From Lama glama (lineage: Eukaryota), in the NCBI GenBank assembly GCA_028534125.1, contig CM052831.1:22196001-22260000 (forward strand): a stretch of 64,000 bases of DNA, given 5' to 3'. The notes beneath the pieces were generated by a model. The model had not been told where the DNA came from. It searched no databases and was given only the letters and a program-made list of their open reading frames with translations. The position numbers were made by a program, and so were the translations under genes. How positions within the stretch are numbered: the first letter of the stretch is position 1; each line of letters opens with the position of its first letter. Below, piece by piece: positions 1-12,519 of this stretch.

Positions 1-211
1 TTTACTGAGCACTTGGCGTGTGCCATGTTGTCCTAGGAACCCTCCATGTGTTAAGTTCATTTTCTCCTTTATCCCCACTTTGCAAGGCCCAGGGGGGTGA
101 AGTGGGTCACTCAGGAGGAAGTGGTGGATAGAGTCCCAGGCATTTGACTGGGGGGTCGGGTAGGGCCTGGCCCACAGCCTGCAGAGGTCTGGGAACATGG
201 GCACCACTCAC

Positions 212-366
212 CACTCGTGGGTGAGCAGATCAAACTCCCCATACAGCTGGCCCATCGTGATGGACTTGGGGTTGAGCACGTAGTAGTTGACGGCCTCGTA
301 CACACCGCCGCTGATGGATGGCTGTCCTTTCAGCAATGTCATGGCAGCTGCCAGGACCCTGTAACA
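212..366 (-). CDS. DNAH1: DNAH1 exon 36, CYRVLAAAM...[21 protein letters not shown] (gene continues beyond window)
   Basis: Hand-translated; cccag| and TG|GTGAGT; 155 nt. Confidence 0.97.
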
Positions 367-567
367 CTGGGGAGACAGGCCAGAGGAGAGTGAGCCTCCT
401 AGCTCCCCAGAGAGAGGGCTGGAGCAGGCTGTGGGCCACAGGGAGCAGGAGGGGGATTCTAGAGGGGAATTCTACAGGTACAAGTTGGGGCCAAGACCCC
501 TGTTGAGGCCGCACTGTCCCCAGGCCCACTGTCTGGGCACTGGGCCGCCCAGCTTGGCTCTGCTTAC

Positions 568-659
568 ATTACTCTTGCCAGAACCCGTGGGCCCGACGAG
601 CATGAGGCCATGCCGCACCACAGTGGTCTCATAGAGCTGGATGCACTTGGTCAGGAAGC
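568..659 (-). CDS. DNAH1: DNAH1 exon 35, AAA2 P-loop (RHGLMLVGPTGSGKS)
   Basis: tccag| and AAT|GTAAGC; 92 nt. Confidence 0.97.
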
Positions 660-734
660 CTGGAGGGACATGGGGGGTAGAGGGGCAGAGGTCAGAGGAG
701 GAGTCTGCCACTAGCTTGGTCTTGACAATGCCAC

Positions 735-880
735 TAGCTTTCTGGGTGACCTCGGGTGAGTTACCTCACTCCCTGAGGCTCAGTTTCCTTGTCTGTAAAG
801 TGGCGATGGCAGTAGTGCCAACCTCATGGGTAGAGACAGATGAAGCCCTGAGCACAGAGCCTGGCACGGAGTAGGAATTC
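735..880 (+). mobile_element. MIR SINE fragment
   Basis: GTGACCTCGGGTGAGTTACC...CTCAGTTTCCTTGTCTGTAAAGTGG core; AGCACAGAGCCTGGCAC tail. Confidence 0.7.
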
Positions 881-1415
881 TCTGCTAACGGCCGGCCATG
901 ACTTCCACTGTGACTATTATTCCTTAACATCCACTGATGCTGGCTCGGTGTCAGCTGTCACAGGCCTCCAAATCAACCACAGCCCCAAAGCTTCCACCCA
1001 GTCATCTGACAGCACTAACTCGACACCAGGCCTGTGGCTCCACAGGGAAGTGGCCAAGTCCTGCAGGTGCAGCCATGTGCTCTGCATGTGGGTGGAGCCC
1101 TCGCTCCAAAAGAGGTGGAGGTTGGCTGGGATGGGACGGGGCAGGAGGTGTGAACAGGACACAGCTCATTCTCTTCCCCTAATCCTGACACCCAACCCCA
1201 TTCTTGCCCCAAGCAGGTAAGGATGGGGCAGAGAAGATCCTCTGTCAGGGAGGAGTAAGGGTGTGGTCCAAGCTGTGACTGCACCTCACTCAGGGTGGAG
1301 GGGGTACAGCAAGAGGCCTGGGGGCAGGGCAGCACCTGCTTCCCCACTGCAAAATCATAAGCAATACACATATTGTCTCTGTCCCTGGTTCCTGACACAC
1401 AGCCCCTCAAACCCT

Positions 1416-2190
1416 TGTAGACAGGGGTGCCAGAAGAACCATCCTTTTCAATATGTAGTCTCTGGTTCCTAACACAGAGCTCCTGTGTAATTTCCCAAGT
1501 GTTAGGAACATCTTGTTGCCCAATGAGGCAACTCTTGGTGGTGAACTCCTAGGAGGGGGCTGTTTACCAGAAAGACTGAACCATGATTAGAAGCTTGGAA
1601 CTTTCAGGCCTACCCCTGTTCTTCGTAGACAGGAGAGGGGCTGGCAGTGGAGTTAATAAGTGATCATGTGTACGTCATGAGTCCTCCAAAAAAAAATCCC
1701 CTAACTATGGGGTTTGGAGATCTTCCGGACTGGTGAGCTTCCAGATTGCTGGGACTCACCCCAATCCTATGGGGACAGACCTTGCTCTATGTATCTCTTC
1801 ATCTGGCTGTTCACCTGTATCCTTGATCACATCCTTTATTATATAACAAACCAGCAAAGGTACATGTTTCCCTGAGTTCTGTGAGCTGTCCTAGCAAATG
1901 ATCAGGCCTGAGGAGAGGGTTACGGGGACCTCTAATTTGTCCCAAGTGGGACAGAAGTTATGGGTAACCTGGGGACCCAGTACTGGCAACTGGTGTCTGA
2001 AGTGGGAGCAGTCTTGTGGGACTGAGCTCTTAACCCGTGGAGTCTGTGCTAACTCCGATTAGGGTCAGGATTGAATTGAATAATAGGACACCTAGCTGTG
2101 CCTGAGAATTAGTGAATGTGGGGAGGAAAACCATACATCCAGTGTCAGAAGTGTTGTGAGAGTGAAAATGAGGGAAAAGGAGTTTTTTCC
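1416..2190 (+). mobile_element. Solo LTR, MER21-like (ERVL)
   Basis: Blocks resembling the MER21 consensus as recalled (GGAGTTAATAAGTGATCATG, TTCACCTGTATCC, CCCTGAGTTCTGTGAG, TGTCAGAAGTGTTGTGAG). Confidence 0.8.
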
Positions 2191-2387
2191 TAGATTACCT
2201 CACCTGAAGGATCCCAGTGGAGACAGGGCTGGGCACCTGAATTGCCCGTGGACTGCTTGGCAGAGAGCCCCAGCCCACAGCACCTGGCCAGCTATGAGGG
2301 AGCCTGAGGCTGGACTGCAACCCCAGGGAGACCAGACCCAGCCCTCCTCTGACACCCACAGGACTGTGGGGCAGGACAGGGGCTCAC

Positions 2388-2574
2388 CGTCCACGTCCTT
2401 GAGATTGTTCTTCTCGCAGGCCTTGCGAATGGCCTTTTCCAGGATGCCGTAGTCAGTCTCCTCCTCCTTGATGGTGGGGAACAGATCAGACACGATCCCA
2501 GAGAAGAGTCTGAGGTCCTCCTGCAGGAACTTGGGCACATTCACATCTCTGATGGCCCGGAGGCAAATCAGCTC
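2388..2574 (-). CDS. DNAH1: DNAH1 exon 34, [16 protein letters not shown]...LKDVDG
   Basis: ctgcag| and G|GTGAGC; 187 nt. Confidence 0.97.
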
Positions 2575-2666
2575 CTGCAGCAGAGGCCCAGGTCAGATGC
2601 CCCTCCAGCTGCTCCAGACTCCCCCTGAAGCCTCCCTCCCCAGGCACCTCTCTGGACACAGCTTAC

Positions 2667-2753
2667 CTCGTTCATGCTGGGGTTTTCTCGCTTGAGGTTT
2701 CCGGCAGCCGAGATCACGGTCTTCACAGCTCTCATCCCAAAGTCATAGTGATC
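2667..2753 (-). CDS. DNAH1: DNAH1 exon 33, [29 protein letters not shown]
   Basis: Hand-translated; gacag| and GAG|GTAAGC; 87 nt. Confidence 0.97.
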
Positions 2754-3639
2754 CTGTCACCACCGTACATGGGAGGGGTGGGTGGGCACTATGTCTCGCG
2801 GGGCTTCTGACAGCAACACTCTCCCTCCAACCTGGCACCTAGCCATGCCTCATCGCCTAGCTCATAGCAGAAGTGTCACTTCCCTTGCAGGCCATCTGCA
2901 CCTACCCGCACATCCCCGCCTGGGCTGGGTGCCCCACTTCGGGTTCCTCTGGCGCCTTCTATTCCACCACCTCAGAGGCCCTTTCCCTTTATCAGGTAAC
3001 TTATCCTGCATCCCTGCTTCACTCTTCACCTTCACTCTGAGGGTGAGGAGTCTGCCTTGACCACAGCTAAATCCCTGTGGTCCCCGTAAAGCACCAAGGG
3101 TAGGGAGGCACTCAAGTTTTGTTCAAAAAGGGAATGAAGGAATTTCCAATCTGTGCCATAAACAGACTGGCCTCGATGGTCATTGAGCTTCCTTCTGATG
3201 TTCATCACATCTCTCTAGTTCTACCCTTTTGGTCGCATCACTGTGGCTTTTCCTGCCTTTGCCGCCAGTTCTATTGGTCTCCATTATATAGCAGGTGTGT
3301 TAGAGATGGTTAAACTTATCATTTTGCCAGACCCTGAGAGCTACACCTGGATCTGACCCACAGACAAGCACATTTCCCAGAAATCTTAGACTTGGAGCTA
3401 CATGAAGAGACTGGGTTTGGCTTTGGATCACTAGCACTTGGGAAGGGTTGAGTGCATTTCCAGAACCATGTGAGGATAGTTGCTCTAATGAAGTTGCATT
3501 TTTGAAAGTGGATGGTTAGAAAGGAGGGTGTGTGGAGGTGCTGGCACCCACAGTGCACTGTGGTGGACAGAAGCTGTTTTTCCCAGTAACAGATTGCTCC
3601 TCTAGCCCATGGGATGCAGCAGGCCCCACTTGACCAAAG

Positions 3640-3845
3640 GCAGTATGGTCCCCCAGGGCACAGTGATGGGTATTCATGCAGGAGCAGGTCACCCAGAGAG
3701 CGCCTATTAGGGTGATACCAGGGACTTTTTCTGGAACCATTAAGAAAGAGAAACTAAGCTGTTAGCATGTAGGCCCAGAGCTGGGGCTCATCTCTGCCAC
3801 TGCAAAGGGGGCGCCTGCCTGAGATTGGAGTCAAACAGGAAAGCT
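3640..3845 (+). mobile_element. MLT1-like (MaLR) LTR fragment
   Basis: Degenerate resemblance only. Confidence 0.4.
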
Positions 3846-4251
3846 CACCCACCAGTGCTGGTGCCTGTACAGACAGCGTTGGCCCCTAGAACCTGGGCTC
3901 CACACGCTGAAGGGAAGACCCTGGTGTTGGGAGGCTTGTGTCGGGGTGGGCAGAGGGAGGGGGCTGGCTATCTCATTCTGGTTCCATGAGACCTTGGGGC
4001 ACTTGCTCCCCAGCCTTGGGTTGTGTGTCTCTTGGTCTCTTACTGGTTGACCTTCCCTCGCACCTGAACTAGTCCATGTTCCTAGCTTTTGTTCCAGCTC
4101 CCCTGTGCTGCATAAGCCTGGCCGGGCTCTTAGTTTCTTAGAACCTCAGGGTCCTCAGCTGAGAAATGGGGATGTCATTCCTATCTCCTGTGGTCGTTGA
4201 GGGCAGGTAGCAGCTATTAGACCCTAGTACTGGGTTGGGGCAGGGCCTTAC

Positions 4252-4401
4252 CTGGGAACTGAGCTGCTCTGAGGACAGCTTGAAGGTGGTAGTGATTTTC
4301 TTGGCCAGCACATTGGCCTCACTGAAGCCAAAGGAGTAGAGGGAGATCTCAGCGATCATGGCATAATCTGGAACCATCATGGCCACGGGCCGGAAGAGCG
4401 C
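4252..4401 (-). CDS. DNAH1: DNAH1 exon 32, [13 protein letters not shown]...EQLSSQ
   Basis: tccag| and CAG|GTAAGG; 150 nt. Confidence 0.97.
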
Positions 4402-4812
4402 CTGGAGCACATGGTATACGTGTGACCAATCTCCCCTCCCAGAGCACCACCTGCTCCCTGGACTGTCTGGTCCTCTGAAGGCAGCTTTACTGCCCCGCTG
4501 ATGCTTGGATTCTCCCTGCACCACACCTGCCACAGCTGATACTCCCCTGCAGGGGGACTCCTCTACCCATCAGAAACCATTCCTTTGTGTTGAATGGAAC
4601 CTGCCCCTTACCTTCTCCCAAGCCTTGAGGACAAGCCTGGGCCCTCCTGTCCACCCCTGGGCAGGAGCGCTGCCACGTGGAATCTCAGTCCCTGATGCCC
4701 AGTAGCTGTATGTCCTTGCATAAATGCTTTAGCATCTCTGAGCCCAAGTCACAGCTCTGGTGGTTCCCATTGCCCTGGGCAGCCTCTTGGGCTAATATGG
4801 GCCTGAACTTAC

Positions 4813-4926
4813 CTTCAGGTTATCGGGCAGCTCAGTGCGGCCGGCATACCCCGGGTTCATGGTGATAAACACTGCGCAGGAGGGCACAAGTGGGATCTCA
4901 ACACCTTCAAACATGAAGCGTTCCAC
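4813..4926 (-). CDS. DNAH1: DNAH1 exon 31, VERFMFEG...[19 protein letters not shown]
   Basis: Hand-translated; catag| and AAG|GTAAGT; 114 nt. Confidence 0.97.
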
Positions 4927-5649
4927 CTATGGAGGTGGGAGGGGTTGGCTCACCTGCCCCCTCTTCTCGTTGCCCTTCCCCCACCCCTCATTGATGCCCC
5001 TGTCCTGGCTATAGCTGGTCAGCCTAGACTGGACCCCTGACCATGGGTTGGCTCCTCTCTCAGGATCTAGCCTAAAACCTCTGGTCCCAGTGGCTTCCAG
5101 GTCCTGGCTCCCTGAGGTCTTCACACATCTCCTGCTTTCCACTCCTTCCACCCCCAATCCCTGGCACTGATTCCCCCAAGACCTGAGCAAGTTTGGCTCT
5201 GACTGGGACCCAGAGTCCTACTGGGGTGGGGCTGGGGCACTGCCCAGCCTCCTAGCTCCGATCTTCGGAAGAAGACCTCTGATCACCCTGAATAAGGCTA
5301 GAGGAGGGAACAAAGGCTGGGGCTTTTCATTAAGCTCAGGATGTGGGGAAGGACCCCTTCATCCACCACAACTTGGCCTGGGAGATGTGCCCAGAGTGAG
5401 GTGGGGATGTGGGGCTCCCTGAATTGCCACAAAAATCCCCCAGAGGCAGCTCTGCCAGAGGGGTGTGGGGTCATGCCCAGGCCCCTGTGAGAAGAGAGAG
5501 GTTGGGCCCAGGGCAGGCCCAAGTGCCTGGCTTCTAACTCTGCCAGTGTGGGGAGTCACATGGTGGTGTGAGCGTGGTGGGTCTAACTGAGGTGAAAAAA
5601 TGGCAACTTGGAGGAGGTGTGGAGGTGGGTAGCACCCCTGGAGGCTCAC

Positions 5650-5755
5650 CCGCTGCTGCTGTGCCTTCTGGATGGTGGTGATCTGCTGTGCCACCACAGA
5701 TAGCACCTCGATATCAATGCGATTGAACTCATCAAAGCAAGCCCAGGCTCCAGCA
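5650..5755 (-). CDS. DNAH1: DNAH1 exon 30, AAA1 Walker B ([12 protein letters not shown])
   Basis: cttag| and CGG|GTGAGC; 106 nt. Confidence 0.98.
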
Positions 5756-6042
5756 CTAAGTGGGGGGAAAACATTGGGGGATATGAGTTCAGAGCCCCTC
5801 CGGCACCTCCAAGGGACCCCTCTGACTCTGCTGGGGAAGAAGCCCTCAACAGCCATCTCCATCAGCTCAGCCACAATCCTATTGCCCACCACCCCATCCC
5901 AGCACCCTCCAGGAGCCGAGCCTTTGACTCCTATTATCCTGTCCCATCCCTCCACCATCTCGTGAGGCTCCTCTAGGACAGTGTCCCCAGGAAAGCTCAG
6001 CTTCCCTGCCCTGTTTTGTGCCACCAGCATGCCCAGCCTCAC

Positions 6043-6231
6043 CTGGCCAGGCCCTTGAAGAACTTGCCCATGGCCATGAAGTCGAGCTGATCGGAGCAGT
6101 TGAACACAACGGTCTGGATGGCCAAGGCCTTGCCCAGGTCTTTGGTGGTCTCAGTTTTCCCTGTACCAGCCGGGCCAGCGGGGGCACCCCCAAACTTGAG
6201 GTGCAGGGCCCCAGTCAAGGTCAGGTAGCAC
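6043..6231 (-). CDS. DNAH1: DNAH1 exon 29, AAA1 Walker A ([14 protein letters not shown])
   Basis: P1 loop; ctgcag| and AG|GTGAGG; 189 nt. Confidence 0.98.
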
Positions 6232-6619
6232 CTGCAGGAGTGAGAGGAGGTGGGCATGAGCCATGCACCTCCCTCTGGAGTCCCACAGACATGGGGAGAG
6301 AGAGCCCCCTACCGTCTTGGACCCCATGGAGGGGCAGATCCTGCTCCTCCCCGACTCTCCAGGCCCCAGATGTGCCCAGCCCTGGTTGCTGGGGTTAGGA
6401 GTGGAGGGAGCCCTTGGTCATCTGAACAGTGTTCCCCCACCCCACCCCAAGGCCCTGCAGTACGTGGCTAAATGGAGGTCACCAGAGGAAATGACTACTT
6501 TAGAAGAGAAGTGTTCACCTTATAAAGGGACTCACCCACTGTTTCTCTCAAGATCAATTCCCCTGGCAGGTTGGAAGGAGGATCTGACTGATAGTCAGTG
6601 AAGCCCATACCCGTTAGAT

Positions 6620-6800
6620 GCAAACTGAGCACCACGAGTGCTAAGAGTTTTACATGTCAGCTTATGAAACTCTCATAACCACCTTGAGGAGACTGCAGAG
6701 GAAACTGAGGCACAGAGGGGTTAGCTACCTGCCCAAGATTGCTCAGCTTGCAGTGGGCAGAGACAGTTTTGAACCCAAAGCCTGAGCTCCTAACCTTTGA
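6620..6800 (-). mobile_element. MIR SINE
   Basis: GAGGAAACTGAGGCACAGAGGGGTTAG...CCTGCCCAAG...TTTGAACCCA. Confidence 0.75.
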
Positions 6801-6901
6801 AGAACTGGTTCATCGTGGACTGACGGCATCGTGTGAACCCCGGACTCCTGGACCAGCCAGAGCTGGAGGGAGGGGTCCAGCGTGGGAAGGAGAGTGCTCA
6901 C

Positions 6902-7015
6902 CTGTCTGTGAGGGGCGTGATCACCAGCCTCCCACTGTTGCCTAGGTACTCATAGCCATAGATGAACTCGGCATTCACGGCCCGGATGTACAGGTTGTTA
7001 TTGGTCCAGTAGTAC
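6902..7015 (-). CDS. DNAH1: DNAH1 exon 28, YYWTNNN...YGYEYLGNSGRLVITPLTDR
   Basis: Dynein AAA1 entry motif; gccag| and AG|GTGAGC; 114 nt. Confidence 0.97.
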
Positions 7016-7256
7016 CTGGCATTGCGAAGAGATGGGTTCCCAGGCCGTGTGGACCATGGGCCACTGGGCAGGGTACGTGGTTGAGGAGAGGTGGTTCTCT
7101 GGGGGAATAAGAGCACCAAGGCACCCCACCCAGCTTGCCCCAGGACCTTTAGGGCAGGGACCAGCCTGTTGTAGTTGACTCTCCACCCTCCCTGGCCCCC
7201 TCCTGCTGCTGCCCTTGCCCTGGACGTGGCTGGGCCAAGGATGCCTGCCTCCTCAC

Positions 7257-7420
7257 CTTAGCTGAGAGATCCACTCAAAGTCATTCACACTGACCACGTT
7301 CTCCTGGATCAGCTTGTACACCACATCCTTGGCGTGGACCTCGATGACGATTAAGGCCGACAGCACAGCTCGTTGCATGCGGGACAGCTTCCCCCGCACC
7401 AGCGCCACCAGGTCACTGAG
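7257..7420 (-). CDS. DNAH1: DNAH1 exon 27, LSDLVALVRGKL...FEWISQLR
   Basis: Hand-translated; ctgcag| and AG|GTGAGG; 164 nt. Confidence 0.96.
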
Positions 7421-8025
7421 CTGCAGGAGTCAGGGGACACCGTCAGGGGTTGGCAGGGCCACGCTGCAGGTGGGCTTCCTCTTTCCTTGCACACAGGATG
7501 GGTTTCTGTCAGAAACAGCCCTCTACCTTGGGGGTTTCTGATGGCTTGGGATGTGAGGGGTACAGAGACCAGGCAGGGGGAGGGAGGACAGAGCACTGGT
7601 CATGTGGGAAGTCTGGTAGGGAAGTGAATAAAAACAGAGGCACACACATGGCACCTGCCTCCCTGCCGTGTACAGTGTTGAGGCCCAGGTTGTGGGCCTC
7701 GGGAGGAGCTCAAGGAAGGAGCATGGTGAGAAGCTGGTGCACAGAGTGAGGACAGGCCACGGGACAGTCCAGGAGGGCTCCAGGTATGAGGCTCCCACCC
7801 TGACCATCAGGACAAGGGTACCTGCCTGGCCTCAGAGCCCCCATCCCTCCCACATGACTGGTCATGAGACACTCATTTTAAGGGTGTCTGACCTTCCACT
7901 CTTTGATTCTAACCCAGGACCTCTTCTGGGATCATTACAGGACAAAGCTCCTGTAGTTACTGGGCTCCTCCAGGGTGTGGGGTGTTTGTGGGGAGCAGAT
8001 GGTGACCCCCACCCTTGACTCCCAC

Positions 8026-8166
8026 CTGCCGGGCAAGCTGGGGGAACAGCTGGTTACTGAGGTTGCTGGCCTCCAGTGCCTCTGCCACCTCCATGGTCCA
8101 GTAGGTCTGGCACCCGGCAATGGTCACCTGGCCAGGCCAGTTCAGAACCCACTGAGTCCTGGGCAT
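8026..8166 (-). CDS. DNAH1: DNAH1 exon 26, MPRTQWVLNWPGQ...QLARQ
   Basis: cctag| and CAG|GTGGGA; 141 nt. Confidence 0.96.
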
Positions 8167-8791
8167 CTAGGAAGACAACACAGGCAGGGTTAACCCAAGC
8201 AGCCGCCAGCCTCGACCCTGCACTCTTTTCCCCTTAAATGCCATCTGTCCTTATCGGCTCAAGTTGTTAATTCCACCTCAAAAGCATTAAGCTCTGGGCC
8301 TCTTGGGGTTGGGCAGAGTTATCACCTCCTCAGCAGAGGAGACCTGGAAGCAGAGGGGTTGGAACCCAGGATCGGGGAACACGCAGTCCTGGGTACAAAT
8401 CCTGACTGCCACCTGCCAATCACATGCCCTTTGGGCAGAAAACAGAAAACATCTCTCAGCTGATTTGGCAGGATAAGGCTTAAACCCCAGGCCAGCTGCC
8501 AATTGTGGAGCTGAGAGAGGTACTGTGGGTGAAGCCCCAGCCCAGGCCCTGGCACACAGTGAGCACTTCAAAATCTCACTTTCTGGAGCATGTTTCCAGA
8601 TTCCTCCCTGAGTGGGCTCAAGGATCCCCGCCCCCAGAGACCCTCTGGCTGACTGGAGTCAGGGCTGTAATCTGAGGATGAGGCAGGTAGGCAGCCCAGC
8701 CCCTTTGATGGAGCGGAGAGGTACTGGGAAAGGGGCAGATGGGAGGACGAGCAGTTTTGGACGCTGCGCTGGGAGGGGAGGCACAGCTCAC

Positions 8792-8971
8792 CGTGGGGTA
8801 GGCCTTGATGGCCCTCTCAATGATGTCCCGCACGCTGGCCTTCATGCTGTGCTCCACCTCCCGCAGCCAGTCCTCCACATTGTTGGATGGGTAGATGGAG
8901 AAGGACAGCTGCACCTCCTCACCCTCCGCCGAGTACATATGTGTGATCTCCAGGTCCTCCTGGAACAGCAG
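8792..8971 (-). CDS. DNAH1: DNAH1 exon 25, LLFQEDLEITH...IKAYPT
   Basis: cacag| and ACG|GTGAGC; 180 nt. Confidence 0.96.
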
Positions 8972-9535
8972 CTGTGGGCAGGGGGCAGCGAGAGGGGTTA
9001 CCGCAGGTGTGCCCAGAGGCCCTGACCACCACAGCCCCACCGCTGACACCAACTGTGCCCTCCATCTTCAGAAGAGAGTTCTGCCCCATGAGCATCTACC
9101 TTGGCTGAGACTTCCCTGACTGCTTGTGGGCAGAATGGGTCTGCCTTGTCCCCAGCTGTGGCCTAGCCCACTTGGAGAAGGAGGCTAAGCCTGCCCTGTG
9201 TGTCACCCTCCTGCTCGGGCCTGTGTGGCCTCCCTTGTAGATGAGGATGAGGGCAAGGAGAGTCAGGAACCTCTGGCCTCATGGGTCTCTCAACCTAGCC
9301 TGTACCTCAGTGCACTGGGGGGACAGGGCTCCCCCAGAGGAGTTGCAAGCCAAGGGCCCCCCAACCCTCAGCCAAGGTTTCTGCAGTTGACTTTCCTCCC
9401 ACAGGCCCTGGGGTATGTCTCCTAGGGTCAGGAATCTCACCTGCCACCTCATTTCCTGCTAAAAAGACTTAGGGTGAGAGAAGAGGTATCCTCCCTGGGA
9501 AGATGCCTCCATGAGCCCCTGGCCCAGTTACCCAC

Positions 9536-9641
9536 CTGGGCAATGTTCTCGAAGCACTTGCGCAGGTGGGGCTGCACGGCTGTGGGGTCCTTCGCCTGGG
9601 ACAAGATCTCTAGTAGCTCATCATCAGACAGGAAGTAGAAT
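9536..9641 (-). CDS. DNAH1: DNAH1 exon 24, [15 protein letters not shown]...FENIAQ
   Basis: ggcag| and CAG|GTGGGT; 106 nt. Confidence 0.96.
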
Positions 9642-9771
9642 CTGCCACGGGAAGAGCGGGTCAGGCAGCCCCTGGGTCCCAGCTGCCCCAGTACTATTGA
9701 CATCCTTGCATCCCAGCCTGGTGGGGTGTACTGGACCCCTCCAGCTTGTGGGTAGGCCCGGTGGTGTCCAC

Positions 9772-9893
9772 CTGGCGAAGGCGCTCCGCTTGGTCTCCAA
9801 GTATTCGCTGAGGCCCTTCTGCACCATGTCCAGCAGCTTGTTGCAGTCCCGCAAGCTGTCCAGCAGCCTCTGATCAGAGCACACATTGATCAC
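9772..9893 (-). CDS. DNAH1: DNAH1 exon 23, VINVCSDQR...KRSAFAR
   Basis: cacag| and AG|GTGGAC; 122 nt. Confidence 0.95.
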
Positions 9894-10364
9894 CTGTGTG
9901 GCCGGGGTCAGAAAAACTGGAAGTGAGTGTGGACCAACTGGGAGGCAGCAAAGTGGGTTCAGAGCACCCATGCATGCCACCTAGAGACCCTCAGTGGGAC
10001 TTGGGAAGGGGTGGAGACAGAAAAATGTCCCCAAGCCAGGGGCTGCATCCATCACCTCTGCCGGTCCCACAGAAAAAAAACTATGGCCAAAAAAACTAGG
10101 GTTAAACAAAGACGAGTTTGATTTTGCTACAGGACTTGTCAGGGCCTTTGAAATACTAATGTGGACTGCAATTCTCTAAGAGGAAAATCATCAAGTGTTG
10201 TGCTTCTGAGGAGTGTCTCACAAGACTGGGGAGCTCACTCAGGGGGACACAGGCCAAGACCAAAGCCTTGGACTTGTTCTCCAGTCTTTCTTGTTAGGGA
10301 GAGGTGAGACCAGGAGGTGCCCCAGTGGTCCCAGCTGCCCCCTCCCATCCACTTGCGAGCTCAC

Positions 10365-10529
10365 CTCCCGGTTCTCGTAGGCATTCTTCATGATCTTCCT
10401 CCAGATGCGCTCCATTGTCTGGTAGCGCTTGCTCTCCACTGGCAACTGTCGGTTGATGTCCTCAGAGCTGAAGATGGGCTCCAGGTAGAGCCAAGCCCGC
10501 TGACAGTTCAGCCACTCCTCCAGTACTTC
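10365..10529 (-). CDS. DNAH1: DNAH1 exon 22, EVLEEWLNCQRAWLYLEPIF...AYENRE
   Basis: tccag| and GAG|GTGAGC; 165 nt; WLYLEPIF linker motif. Confidence 0.96.
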
Positions 10530-12051
10530 CTGGACAGGGCATGGACTGTCAGGGCTTGGAGTCTAAGTTGGGTCCTGTCCCCTACAACCTAGATATTTTA
10601 TCCCACCAGAGTTCTGGGCAGAACACTGGGCACCAGAGCCAGTGTCGATGGGAAATTTCCAGATGGTGCTGTCAGTCACAGTGCTCCAGGGAACAAAGAG
10701 CCTGCATGAATGCCTGTCCTCCAGAGATACCCCAAGGCCCTCACAGGATGCTCACGCCTCCAACAGAGCAGGGGATCTGCTCTTCCTTATGAGAGAACTA
10801 TGCCTGAACCAACAAATCCTGAAGCAACAAGGAGAGTCCAGTGCATGAAAGACCGAACCGATCTCCTCTCCTGGGAGGACTCTGGGTCTATGTCCCCAGC
10901 ATTCTTTGAGGTATACTGGGGCTTGAGCTTGAGATCCCTAAAATATTCTCTAAAACATCAATCCAAGAGTGAGACTTCTTTAAAACAAGACACTTTCCCC
11001 TCTGCCTCTAAATTCCCCTTTCTGAATTTATCTGTTGTCTTTTCCTCTCAGTGCAAACTCATTCATTCATTTGTTCATGTTCTTTTCCATGAGATGTGCT
11101 CTGTGGCCAGCTCTGTGCCAGGCCCCTGCCAGATTCATGTAGGCACCAGGGAAATAGAGGAGAACGGGGTGTGGTTCCTGCCCTTGAGGAGCCCACAGTC
11201 CACTAAACGACCAGTTCTGCCTCTGAATCACCAAAGACCCAGCATGTGTGATGAGCTCTGTCAGAGGCATCAACCAAGGGCCTCGACGGGAGCACTGTGC
11301 AGGTGGGTGTGGGGGAATCAGTGAGGGCCACTTGATGCTGAGCCCTGGAGAAGTTGCAACTCTAGTTGGAGAGGACAGCATGAGTGAAGGACAGAGACTC
11401 AGGGACAATGCTGGCAATCTCAGGCATCCCTGGGTGATCTGAGGGGCACACAGGAAGCCCTCCTCACTCAGCTACTGGCCTTCACTGGAGGTTTCTGAAT
11501 AGCTCCCAGGAAGACCTCAGCGAAGGGGCTGTCGGAAGCACACCTGGAGGCCTGGCCCTGGGACTGACCTCCAGGGCTCTGCAGGTAGCCTGGCCACCAG
11601 TCTTGAGAGCCCTGAGCAGCAGTCCCCAGTGCCCTGGCACCTTTACCCTGAAGCCAGCTCCAAATAAGATGGGAGTGGGAGGCTCAGGGCCTCGTGGTGT
11701 CCAGCCCAAAAAGTCTTGAGACTGGAAGCACTCATTATCTCAAGCCCAGGCAGCCCTTTAGGGGTCTGCTGGCAGCTTTCATGCCCCTTCTTAACCGCAG
11801 CTTTGGCCCAAACACTGGGGGGAGGGGGCCTACCCCCATGTCCTGAATTACCTCCTCCAGCAGCTGAACTCAGAGATAGGGAGCCCCCTTCTAGCCCCCC
11901 TCCTCTGACTGAGAGGCCTACCAGAGAGCCAGGGCCTGTGCAAACCTGGGCAAGGCACTTCATCACTTCCAGCCCCACCCAGACACCACAAAGAGCCATC
12001 TTGGGACAGGGTGTTTCGAGGGGGTGGGAAGAGGGGGACAGGAGGGCCCAC

Positions 12052-12264
12052 CTGGGTCAGCTTCAGCTTGTTCTCCCAGGAGTTGATGCGCTGCTCGAAG
12101 GGCTTCTTGTAGGGCGAGAAGGACATGCTCTGGGTCATGACGATGTGGTCATCGAGCAGCTGTGAGGCCTCATCTGGGCTCTTGAGGATGTAGGTCTCTG
12201 TCTCCTTGTAGGGCATCACATTGAACAGGATGGTAGACCACTCCTTCTCCATCTTGTCCAGTGC
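12052..12264 (-). CDS. DNAH1: DNAH1 exon 21, ALDKMEKEW...KLKLTQ
   Basis: cccag| and CAG|GTGGGC; 213 nt. Confidence 0.96.
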
Positions 12265-12519
12265 CTGGGGTGGGACAAGTCAAGACTGGGTCCCAGGAAG
12301 GAGCTAATCCACAGTCTGAGTGGTGCTGGGCAGGGAAGGGCAGGTTCTGCCCAGCCATGACCTTCACTTGGGCCCTGTTCTGCCAGCTCTCAGCTTGTCT
12401 GGTCAATGAATCCCTCTACAGGTCCTCGTCAGAATCCAAGGCCAACTTGCTCTCACACGTGGTGCACTTGTACAACATGCATGTACAAGCATGTTGGGAG
12501 GCAGCTAAGGTGCTGGGTA

